IMG/VR virus record: IMGVR_UViG_3300045988_174698
Strand: one strand, 5' to 3'
Source of the DNA: a virus
DNA length: 64,000 nucleotides
In this document: piece after piece, positions 35,514 to 45,295 of the stretch
How positions within the stretch are numbered: the first letter of the stretch is position 1
Layout of the letters: each line of letters opens with the position of its first letter
Program-made: the position numbers and the translations under genes
Notes under the pieces: model-generated
What the model was told of the DNA's origin: nothing
What the model saw: only the letters and a program-made list of their open reading frames with translations
Databases searched by the model: none

Positions 35514-36737
35514 TTAAAATCTATGCTCTATATCTATTATGCCTTTTTTGGGTCTAGTAGAAATTTCACCACCTTTTAATATAACATCTAACTGATCCTC
35601 AGTAATAGTTATATAAGATTGATTTTTATTAGCATTATTATACCAAGTTTCTTCTATAGAACCTGCAATCACTAATGTAAAAAACTCTGCAACTTTATTT
35701 TCTTCAGCTCTGATCACACGGCCAATACGTTGTAAATCAGTCACTTGAGAAGAATTACAAGTTAAAGCTATACCTACAGATAATCCTCTAACATCGACAC
35801 CAGCATCTAAAGCTTTAGGAGAAACAATATTAGCAATATCTAATTGATTAAATGTTTCAAGAATTATCCTATTCTCCTTTTTCTTTTTCTGACTATGCAA
35901 TACTAAAGCTCTGGATTTAAATAGCTCTGCATCTTTTACAGTAGCAGTAAACAATATACATTTCTTGTCTCGTCTAAAGTCTAGAATTTTATTTGCAACT
36001 TCAAACTTTTTAGGATGAGTCATGACAAAAGTTTTTCTTAGCTTTAAGTATTTCATAAACTGAGCTAAGTAACCTCTTGTAGCATTATCACTTTTCCCAT
36101 ATTTTTGGGCCCAAATTTTCACTTTTTTGGGTGATTTGACTAGCTCCATCACCAGTTTAAAATCGTGATTAAAATAAGCAAATAATTGTTGGAATTTAGC
36201 ATTATACTCTCAATATTTCTCCATATCAACATGTAGAAGAACTTTATATTTTCTGTATGAAGATACTCAGTTATTTTCTAATGCTTCTTGTAATGTAATT
36301 GTATCACAAACGGACATAAACTGTTCAAGATATTTTTCACTTCCGTCTAGACGAGTTCAGGTTGCAGTTAATCCTAAAAGATATTTATATTCTACACAGT
36401 TATAGATATTGATAAACGTTGGACTTGCAGATAAATGACATTCATCTACTACTAATAGGTCAACTTGATATTGCTGTTTAATGATAGTATTAAATATTTC
36501 TACTTTACAGATAGAAAAGAGTTGGTTTTTAGCCAACTCTCTATTTCACTGTTCTTTCAAAACATCTGTTGGAACAGCAACTAATACTACGATGTTAGGA
36601 TTATGCTTATATAACGATTTAATAACCATTATACTACCATTTGTTTTACCTGTGCCAGTAGCCCATTCAAGTACACCTCTACCACCACTATCAATTCAGC
36701 GTCTTATACCTAATTTCTGACGTTCATCTCGGTTCAT
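35514..36737 (-). CDS. SF2 DEAH-box DNA helicase (UvsW/Rad25-like)
   Basis: Walker A is EWATGTGKT, the DEAH box is LLVVDECH, and motif VI is TDLQRIGRVIR. The N-terminal half was reconstructed through TGA codons. Confidence 0.6.
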
Positions 36738-36773
36738 TAAAGATACAAAAAATTGATTAGATATAAAAATAAG

Positions 36774-37619
36774 CTACTCTTTACTTGTCTTTTCGAATAT
36801 TGGTAATGAAATATTTCTTGCTTCAGCCACTCGTTGAATATTAGACATTAAAGTATTCCACTTATTTATATGATAATTTAAATCATTATCTAGTAATAAT
36901 AATATTTTATCTCTTAATGTCTTTAGTGCTATAGTTGACAATGATGTTATCTTAGGTAAAGAGGTAAGCTGAACTAATGAACGAAATTCAGAAAAAGATA
37001 ATCCTGTTGGACTAACTCGAAGTTTAATATCAGGATTCAAACATAATCTTTCCTTAATTACTTCCATTCTGTTACGTACTCTACCATTACTATCGACTTC
37101 AGTTAACTCAACTTTTTCATTATCCGTTAACCAGATTCCCTGTGCTAAAATAAACTTATCAGTAATCATTTTCTTATTTAAAATATCAAGTTTATCAAAA
37201 CAAGCATCCATGAGACGACTAACAGTTACCTTTTCAAAAATAGGCTCAAGTCCGTTAAATAGAACTGAAATAGATTCATTAAGTATATCCTCTTCATGGG
37301 AGGATCTTTGACTATTTATATAGTCAAGAATATCTTTCTTTGTTTTTATATCAGTGTCGCAGTCATGTAAAAGATATCTTACAAATAACTCTGTATTACA
37401 AGCATCCCATGTTTTATGAATATTTTCTCGAACGACATATTTGCCAGGGGACCATGGATATGCATTGTATAACATCTCATAACAGTGCTTATATCATTTC
37501 CTAATATCCTCTTCAGGAGCTGTCATAAGTTTTACATCGTTACCACTTTTATCTTTCCACGTTAATGATTCAATAGAATCCATTGCATTTTGCAATTTTT
37601 CACCAAATTCTGTACACAT
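36774..37619 (-). CDS. Hypothetical protein
   Basis: ORF 36774..37475 extends to the ATG near 37619. Confidence 0.35.
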
Positions 37620-37918
37620 ACTATTCAAAATCAAATTTGTCTTGTTTACATATATCTTTTTGTTTAAAGAAATTTATAAAATAATTATTACTATAATTAT
37701 AAACTTCAAAATCTTTTAAATTTTTGTTAAACCATTGAGTAATACCACCTTCTACATATTGAAATTGTAAATAACCAATATCACCAACTTCAAATGTGTC
37801 AGCAGTATCCCAGTTTGGAAGTCTAACTATTGTAACATATTTTAAATCGTCTGTTATATTACGATTTAGGTCTTCAACAACTATTTCAGTATATTGTCCT
37901 TCTTGAATAACTAAGACT

Positions 37919-38725
37919 TTACAATATATTGTTACTGCTTGAGGGGTCATAATATCTACAGGTTTCTCCAATGTTAAGTAATCGAAAACAGATATTATCT
38001 ACAATTTGAGTATTGCTTTGATGGAAATGTCCGTAATACCAATTAGTAATATCATCTTTATAATCATTATAGACCATATCCATAACAGCTCTCTCCTCTT
38101 CTATATCCTTTAATAATTCATTATCGTATTGAGAGTATTCTTGTACAATACTCCCCTTATCTGTTGGAAAACAGAATGAAGGAGCTGTATGAGAACAGAT
38201 AATATCTATTTTCGCGTCAACTTTAGGTCGATATTGAACAATCTCATCTTCCCAATACGTCTTAGGAGCATTTAGTTCTGCTGTTTTATAGTCACAATTG
38301 TGGTATTTCATATATCTAACTATATTAATAGAATCATTTTGCTTCCTAATAATTCTATCTACAGATGTAGCTCCTCCAATACAAAGAATATTAAGATTAC
38401 AAGTATTTATTATAGTATAGTCAGGAACACACTTAACATAATTAGTATTAATAAGTTGATTATTGTAATACTTTGGGTTACTGTGATTTCCTCTAATCCA
38501 AATAAATATATCATTAAACTTTTTTAATACTTTATGTAATTCAGGAATTACATGATCTGTATAATGTTTCAACCGCTCAAATCCTATTCCCACATCTCCG
38601 CAGAAAATAAATACTGAATTTTTTATTTTATATTGTCGAATGTTATGTATAACTGAATTCCATTCTCCATGTACATCTCCAACTATGTAGAGGTCTTTAA
38701 TTGTATCAGGAAGATTAATTGTCAT
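37919..38725 (-). CDS. Calcineurin-like metallophosphoesterase
   Basis: GDVHG, GDVGIGF, GNHS and GHFH motifs are present. Confidence 0.65.
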   Translation of the reverse strand: MTINLPDTIKDLYIVGDVHGEWNSVIHNIRQYKIKNSVFIFCGDVGIGFERLKHYTDHVIPELHKVLKKFNDIFIWIRGNHSNPKYYNNQLINTNYVKCVPDYTIINTCNLNILCIGGATSVDRIIRKQNDSINIVRYMKYHNCDYKTAELNAPKTYWEDEIVQYRPKVDAKIDIICSHTAPSFCFPTDKGSIVQEYSQYDNELLKDIEEERAVMDMVYNDYKDDITNWYYGHFHQSNTQIVDNICFRLLNIGETCRYYDPSSSNNIL

Positions 38726-38731
38726 AACTTT

Positions 38732-39100
38732 TTATATTTTAAACCCTCCGATTGGAAGGGAATAAATATTATATATTTTGTTGTTAATCTCTATATAATA
38801 TCTATAAGAGTTAAAGATATTAATACAATAAAAGAAATCATTCTTATACTTAATATCACTAAGATAAAAACCTGATTCCTCAGGATTACTAAGGAGGTTT
38901 ATATCAAATTTTAGAAGATATGGTGGCAAGATATTCACATTACTAACTCTAAAGACTATTTTTAGTCCAAAACTAGAGTTGAATTTAGTTTTTGGTACAT
39001 ATGCTAAAACCCCCATTCCAATATTTAAACAGGCTTTAATATAATTAGGATCGTTTCTGTAGACAATTATGTTATGCTGTTCGAGCTCCAGTATAGACAT
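38732..39100 (-). CDS. Hypothetical protein
   Basis: ORF track only. Confidence 0.3.
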   Translation of the reverse strand: MSILELEQHNIIVYRNDPNYIKACLNIGMGVLAYVPKTKFNSSFGLKIVFRVSNVNILPPYLLKFDINLLSNPEESGFYLSDIKYKNDFFYCINIFNSYRYYIEINNKIYNIYSLPIGGFKI

Positions 39101-39101
39101 A

Positions 39102-40753
39102 TTAGTCTATGTCCCCCTTATAGGCATTCATAATAGATTTTTCCTTTCTAAGCCAAGAGCCCTCAGTTTCTGCTATATCTAGAACAGTACGGCTAATAGA
39201 TTCTTCTTCTCAATTTTGTTATCGTATAGCTTTTTATCTATACTTCTTATACTTCATTTTGTATAAGCTCAGCATATATTTTCACCTTCAGCATTATCTG
39301 TTAAGGGTAAATCACTCGTGGGTTTATTTTATTCTAATCTGTTATTAATATTTTATAATTGTATATAGCGTTGTATACCTGTTTTGGAAGTATATTTTTA
39401 TATTTGTTAGCATATTCCTTTAAACAAGTTTCTTTCTCTTTCTTATATGCTCTAAATGCTTCTTCAATTGTAGAAAAAGTTCCTATATGTTTTTTCTTAT
39501 TCATATAATTAATTTGAGCAATTATTTTATTGTTTTTGATTCTGACTCCTATTGGAGTATTACCTCTACATTGAAATCTTCAAGTAATAGCAGTATTAAT
39601 TTCCTTTGGGATAAAACAACAATAATTTGGAGAATAAATTTTATTCCCCTTTACCAAGAAATCTTTATCTATAACAAATGATTCGTTATAACAATTATTA
39701 TAATATCAATCCGCAAAATTCTGAAAATTTAATCATTCTTTACAAACAGTAACTCCATTTCCTCCATAGTTATTATATTCAGAAACTTTTGGACAATAAC
39801 ATCTTCCAATCATTTCTTTCCAAATTTTATAACATCGAGTTTGTTTACCGTTTTTGTCCCTAGAACTATATTGACCTACTCCAAAATAACCTGTATTGTA
39901 TACAGACGGATAATAAGGATCTTTAACAGAGCCCTTTTTTAGATTACCTAGTTCAGCAGTAATAATAGTACCTGTTTGTAAAAATTTTATTATTACATTA
40001 TATGAATCAATATATTCTAGAATGATAAAATCTCCAGAACTATTTGAAGTCATAATTTTATTTTCATAAATTTGTTTGTTATTTGTCATATATCATAATA
40101 TTTTAATTAAACATAGTACAAATATACAAATTCTTTTTCAGACTCACAAACAAATTAGGTTCAAAACCTATGCGTTACACTGACTTAATATATTACTATT
40201 AAGTTTAGCACGGTATTAGCATCTCAGCCTTCACCGTTTTTGATTTATTCTATTCTACTTATTTCTAAGCAGACAGGCAGAATTCTACCTGCTCGTTCAC
40301 TAACATTCCTGTCTCTTTATCATGCCCGTTCAACCAGTTGAAAGTAGCCCAATCACCCTCATTAGCTGCCTGATCAACAATTTCATTAATCATTTGAGTA
40401 GTTTCAATTTCAAGATCTACGGTAATCTTAAAAGGATCTACCATATCTTCTACTTTCTTATCAAACTGCTCAATAGTAGGATAAATATACTCTGCATCGT
40501 TTTCATTTAAATATTTACGAATCCAGGAATGATGTAAGTATTCTTCATCTGCTCTTTGTTTGTAATACTCTTCAAGAATAACAAATCCTCTAACACCAAA
40601 GTAATTTGCAAAATTCATATACGCATTATGATTTTGCAATTCATGCTTAAGCTGACGAAGAAGTAGTTTTTGAATTTCAGCACTTAAAGTGCATTCACGC
40701 CTACTAACATCCTTTTTTTCTACAGGATCATTTGCCTCATTTTTAATTATCAT
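39102..40753 (-). CDS. Ferritin-like protein, split by a group I intron: exon 1 at 40753..40287, exon 2 at 39210..39102
   Basis: Exon 1 aligns to bacterial ferritin FtnA (E..EExH..., DWATFNWL vs DYPTFNFL) and ends ...VNEQ(V). Exon 2 EEESISRTVLDIAETEG... continues the FtnA C-terminus (EQHEEEKLFKSIIDKL). Confidence 0.65.
39211..40286 (-). mobile_element. Group I intron (family R, copy 3) carrying an AP2-domain endonuclease ORF between the 5' and 3' core halves
   Basis: The 5' exon ends CAGGT| and the intron ends ...ACAAAATTG|. The 5' half (40250..40130) has ...AGCATCTCAGCC... and ...CCTATGCGTTACACTG... blocks; the 3' half (39330..39250) has ...CACTCGTGGG...AGCATATATTTTCACC. Confidence 0.65.
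39342..40089 (-). CDS. Intron-encoded putative homing endonuclease with W..M..RC...YGG.G motif and C-terminal AP2 DNA-binding domain
   Basis: YKIWKEMIGRCYCPKVSEYNNYGGNGVTVCKEW, then GVRIKNNKIIAQINYMNKKKHIGTFSTIEEAFRAYKKE (AP2-like). Confidence 0.5.
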
Positions 40754-40790
40754 AAATTAGGTAATTTAAAGTATAAAACATTTCTGCTAT

Positions 40791-41153
40791 CTAGTAAATA
40801 TGGATCCTATAACTCTCCTTATGAAAGTTAAAGTTAAATTGATTTTCTAATAACCAGTAAATATCAGAATATATTGTGAATTCATGATTATTAATTACAA
40901 ATCTAAGATAAAAACTATCATAAGTAGTTAAATACCTAGTAATATCTTGTTCATTAAAATAGATAATATTTATACCCTCAAGTTCAATACCTAGATTCTC
41001 AAACTCTACTGTAAGTTCTTCACTTCCACAAACATCAATGATAGATAAGTACCTGTCAGTTTTTTTGTCAAATCCATCAATATACCCTCTCATGTGATTA
41101 ACACAAGGATACCAATGATTACCAACTCTTTTCAAAGTTAATTTCTTTTCCAT
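40791..41153 (-). CDS. Hypothetical protein
   Basis: ORF track only. Confidence 0.3.
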   Translation of the reverse strand: MEKKLTLKRVGNHWYPCVNHMRGYIDGFDKKTDRYLSIIDVCGSEELTVEFENLGIELEGINIIYFNEQDITRYLTTYDSFYLRFVINNHEFTIYSDIYWLLENQFNFNFHKESYRIHIY

Positions 41154-41155
41154 AG

Positions 41156-41626
41156 TTAATTCTGTTTAATATCTTCCTTTGGATTGATTACTGTTGCAGC
41201 AATATTAGCATAACAATCTGCAAGTTCATTAAATTTATTATTATTGTGGCCTTTTAATCAAAAGAACTTTACTTTATGAAAGTGTAATAGATTAACTATT
41301 TTAACTCATAGATCCATATTCTTCTTTGAATTATCTTGCTCTGCAATTCATCTATATACATGACCATTGTTAATACTACTAACAATATAACTTGAATCAG
41401 AATATATTTCTAAATTCCTAGGTTCCTTAAAATATTCTAAGGAGTATAGAACTCCCATTAATTCTGCTCTATTGTTAGTAGTATGTATATAACCTTGATA
41501 TAAAATCTTAATTACTTTGTTGTCCTCAGTAATTATAGAGGCATAACCCCCTTGGTCTGTTGTTGGTTTGTAACTTCCATCAGTATAGATTCTAATCATC
41601 AATAATTTCAGCATCGTCAAACTCAA
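41156..41626 (-). CDS. rnhA: Ribonuclease HI (2 TGA codons aligning with conserved Trp)
   Basis: IYTDGSY..., TNNRAELMGV and IYSDSSY match RNase HI. After the TGA, ...R[W]IAEQ and FF[W]LKGH align to E. coli QWIHNW and EWVKGH. Confidence 0.7.
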
Positions 41627-41749
41627 TAACTCTTATAGTTCCCTTAAAGGCAGCCTCTCTAGAAACTAGAAAGTTATTAAAATCTTCTATAAATGCATCT
41701 TTGTTTTTATCTTCTATACTAATATAACCATTAAAAATGATGTCAACCA

Positions 41750-42130
41750 TTACTCAACAAAATAATTGGAATTAAAAAGCTTAGGATTATGTCTTTTTAA
41801 AAGTTTCTTCTCCTTTTCTATCATAATACTCATGACTTCATCAGCATAGTCATTTCTACGACCTCCAAAGTTTTCAATAACATGAAACGGATTCTCTAAA
41901 GCATTACGCTCAGCAATCTTTCGACCAATAGCTTTATTAAAGTTATCTACAGGCTGACATACTGCAAGTCCAAACTTAATAGTATGACTATTATCATCAT
42001 AAACTGCAGCTATAGTATACCTACGACATGGTTTAACATCATAAACAACAGTTTTCTCAATAATAGGATTCACAGAAACAGTGCCTTGATATACAGGAGC
42101 ACTGTAATAATACTTAACTACTCTACTCAT
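41750..42130 (-). CDS. Hypothetical protein
   Basis: ORF track only. Confidence 0.3.
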   Translation of the reverse strand: MSRVVKYYYSAPVYQGTVSVNPIIEKTVVYDVKPCRRYTIAAVYDDNSHTIKFGLAVCQPVDNFNKAIGRKIAERNALENPFHVIENFGGRRNDYADEVMSIMIEKEKKLLKRHNPKLFNSNYFVE

Positions 42131-43199
42131 ATCTTTCTTATTTTTTTATGATTTACATTTTAAATTGTTACTTCCTAGAAAGCTTACACCTCCATTTTTC
42201 TAGATTTTTACCAAATCTAGCATCAAATATATAATCACAGTAACTATAATCATTAACTATTGTTCTAGGATTAGGAATATTACAATCAAAGTCTTTATCT
42301 TGAAGTTTAAAAAAATTACTTTTTAAGTAATTCTTTATTCTTCTTTTAACAATTCGATGATAAATATTCTTTATACCTTTATCCTTGTAAACTGGAACCT
42401 TATAACTCTTTGACATATTAAGATAATATTAAATATAATTAAGTTACTATATTTTTCATAAATGATATTCTAGCAATGTTTCGTAAATCACTAGATAATA
42501 CTTTAACAACTATATCTTGTCGGCCATTTCTTTGATAATAAGTATATAAAGACCTAGACTTATCTATACTCTTATTTGTTACCTTAGAATCAATTAGTTT
42601 AATTATGTCAGTTCGTCTACATACAATTCAATCTTTCTCTCCTTCAAATGCTATATAATCAGCCTTTCCAAATAGTCATCCAGGATTTCCTCGAACATTT
42701 TTTAGTTCTACTCAGTTGATATTATAATCTGGAGTATTATCAGCTCTACGATTTTTTTTTGCGCTCTTGATGTCAAATGTAAAAGTTCTATTATTATATG
42801 TTCATATAATATCAATATGATCATACATATCTTGATACTTAGATGGAATCTGAACAGTTCCTCCAACCTGAGATAGTAACAATTCAGAAAACTCAGATTC
42901 TTTTATCTTTCCTAATTTAGAGCAATCTATATATTTATTCATAATTGTGACCCCATTTTTCAGCTTCTTCAAATGTACTAAAAACAAGATATTCTGGAAT
43001 CATTGTTACTATATCTTCAAAAGCATAAAATATATGAGGACCAGAATCTAAATATGAGACTATAATATCCTTAACTGTTCTAGGAGTAGTATCTACAGTA
43101 TAAGTATCTACAAAAACTCCTGCTTCAAATTGATGGGTCTTTTGACAAATAAATACTGTCTGCCCAATATCAAATTTGGTTTCTATACTAATTTTCATT

Positions 43200-43808
43200 T
43201 TAGTTATCTATTATTTCAATATATCTCTGTTTAGGAGTAGTAACGTAAGGATTTTGATCTATAATAATAACTTCTATAACAGTATGTTTTCTAGTAAACC
43301 ATCGTGGTAGAAACCATTTTCGTGGTTTAATAGGTTCTTTATGAGAACTTAGAGTTATATACTTTTCATTATTATACTCATTACTTAAAGCTATTGTTCC
43401 TGGATAGGAAAGGTGTAGACAACTTCTGTTTCATTTATCTACAATACAAGTATCTAACACAAACCCAGGTTCTCTAAATATTGTATCTCTAATAACAATA
43501 GTATCTTTCTTAGAAAAATGTTCTAATTGATATTGTAACGCTTTAATTTTATTATCCTTAACTTTGTTCTCATTAGCTACTTTTTTCATTTTAAGCATTA
43601 AAGAATCGCTAAAGTATTCTAATTGCTCAATTGAAAGCTTAAATACACGATTACTTTCTTTTAATCATGAATTTTCCGCAGCATATGCTTTTTCATTATT
43701 TATAGAATTATCTAACGCAATATTCAGATTTCTAATTTTATTGGTCATAAAAATTATAGCCAATACAAGTAAAGTATAACTTAATATTCTTAAAATTATT
43801 TTTTTCAT
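43200..43808 (-). CDS. Hypothetical membrane-anchored protein (N-terminal TM helix), 2 TGA codons
   Basis: Manual translation reads MKKIILRILSYTLLVLAIIFMTNK... to ...QRYIEIIDN*. Confidence 0.35.
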
Positions 43809-44204
43809 TATATTAATTCTCTGTTAAAAGTTGAAACTACAAAACTTCGGAATAGAATTAAATCTTCTAGAGCATTATCTAACGATGCTACTTGTTTTTT
43901 AACTCTTAAATATTTTTCAGTAATAATTTGTATAATATTTTTAATATCTCTAATAGAACAAGGATCGTATTCAAACATACATAATCTTCTATTTAAAACA
44001 CCAATAGGCTCATTTGTTAAAATTATAGGAATTCTCTTGTTAGATTGAATTTTTATAACAAAAGGAATAGATCCAAGGTCTACTAATAATTTTAGATATC
44101 TTATATCTACATTATTTGGAAATATAAATCCTGCCTGTTTAAGATTTCTAGTAATTAACATAGTATTAAAAAATAAGGCATTAGAAAACTAATGCCTTAA
44201 TATT

Positions 44205-44778
44205 TTATTGTTTATTAACAGTGTATCCATGATGTTCTAAAACTAGTTTACATAAGTTTAAGTACTCTTCTACAGTTAAATCACTTTTAGAATAATTAGC
44301 TGCAGGAGTTGTAATACCTAAATTTGATAAATCATTCGACCCGCCTTTAGAAACTGGTATTATATGATCAAAACAATAATCATCTTTTTCTAAATCAATA
44401 GGAGTGCCTGTTAAATAGCACTTTGTTTTTGTGCCAAATTTATTAATAATATCTAAAGTCTTAATTTTATTTAAACTCTTCATTCCTCTATTTTGAAAAT
44501 GTTCAATATATCTCCTTAAACGTTTACGTCATGTTCTATTAGAGATTCTTCTACATCCATGAGAGATTCTAGCACAAAAAGTACATAGTCTAGATTTAAT
44601 TCTCCCCTTAAGTGTATTACGTCATAATGAAGTAGATTTTCGTTGTTTACTATTAGTTATATCATTACAATAATATCCAACAATACTTTTGCTACATCCA
44701 AGTATCTTAGCAATTTCATTATAACTTTTATTATCACTTCTTAAAATAAGAATTTGTTCCTTTAACTTACTCATAATC
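44205..44778 (-). CDS. HNH endonuclease with N-terminal HTH (sigma-70 region-4-like) extension
   Basis: The C-terminal HNH motif is CYLTG...DHIIPVSKGGSNDLSNLG. Upstream in frame, through TGA codons, is SYNEIAKILGCSKSIVGYY. It starts 11 nt after the tRNA 3' end. Confidence 0.55.
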
Positions 44779-44788
44779 AACTTATTAG

Positions 44789-45226
44789 CACGAGCTCTCC
44801 GATTCGAACAGAGACCGTAGGGTTTGGAGCCCTACAATACGGTTTTGCTTACCACTATAGTTTTCACTACCAGTTTTACTGTTTGTAGTCTGGACTATAT
44901 CAGCTTGATATACAAGTGTGGCATTTAGTCTCTACACATTTATAGAGTAAAGTAGGATACATAGAGAAGTGTACGGCTTTAATTTTCGACCTACTAAGCA
45001 CTCCGCCTATTTTACACGGCATAAACAGCCTATGTTCTCTACTGTATTTTACTCTAATTTAGCTCGGTATTATCAGCTATCCATATTTCAGGACCTTAGA
45101 CTTTCTTAGAAAGCTGATTCGCATGATTTTTATCATCTTATTTCGCTTTTACCGAATTTGCCACAATTTTCACGCCAAGCGTGCTCCAATTCGAAGACCG
45201 CTGTGCTACCATTACACTAAGCTCGC
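44789..45226 (-). tRNA. Intron-containing tRNA gene; its 5' half (45226..45193) and 3' half (44848..44789) splice to a ~93-nt class-II-like tRNA with anticodon UCA; the alternative fold is tRNA-Trp(CCA)
   Basis: The acceptor pairs as GCGAGCT/AGCTCGT+G. The D-arm is GTGT-AATGGTA-GCAC and the T-arm is CTCTG-TTCGAAT-CGGAG. The 5' exon ends ...GCGGTCTT| (U) and the intron ends ...GTAAG| (G), giving the anticodon loop CTT|CAAA. The variable arm is GTAGGG-CTCCAAA-CCCTAC. Confidence 0.55.
44849..45192 (-). mobile_element. ORF-less group I intron (family R, copy 5) inserted in the anticodon loop of the tRNA gene
   Basis: Shared blocks are AGCTCGGTATTATCAGC and CCTATGTTCTCTACTG. The S-like element is GCTGATATAGTCCAGAC. 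The 3' end GTAAGCAAAACCG... resembles GATAACAAAATTG of copies 1-3. Confidence 0.5.
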
Positions 45227-45295
45227 ATTTATTATCTTTAGTTATACAGCAAAGATAACAAAAATCTGTGAACAATCAAAAATTTAATTAACAAA

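Noticed and set aside
44789-45226. Reading the tRNA locus as a plain tRNA-Trp(CCA) with an intron between the D-arm and the anticodon stem
   Set aside because: That splice would follow an A and sit at a non-canonical tRNA intron position. The alternative anticodon-loop insertion obeys U(-1)/G(omega) and yields a UCA anticodon. Both are reported in the finding because the sequence alone cannot exclude the CCA version.
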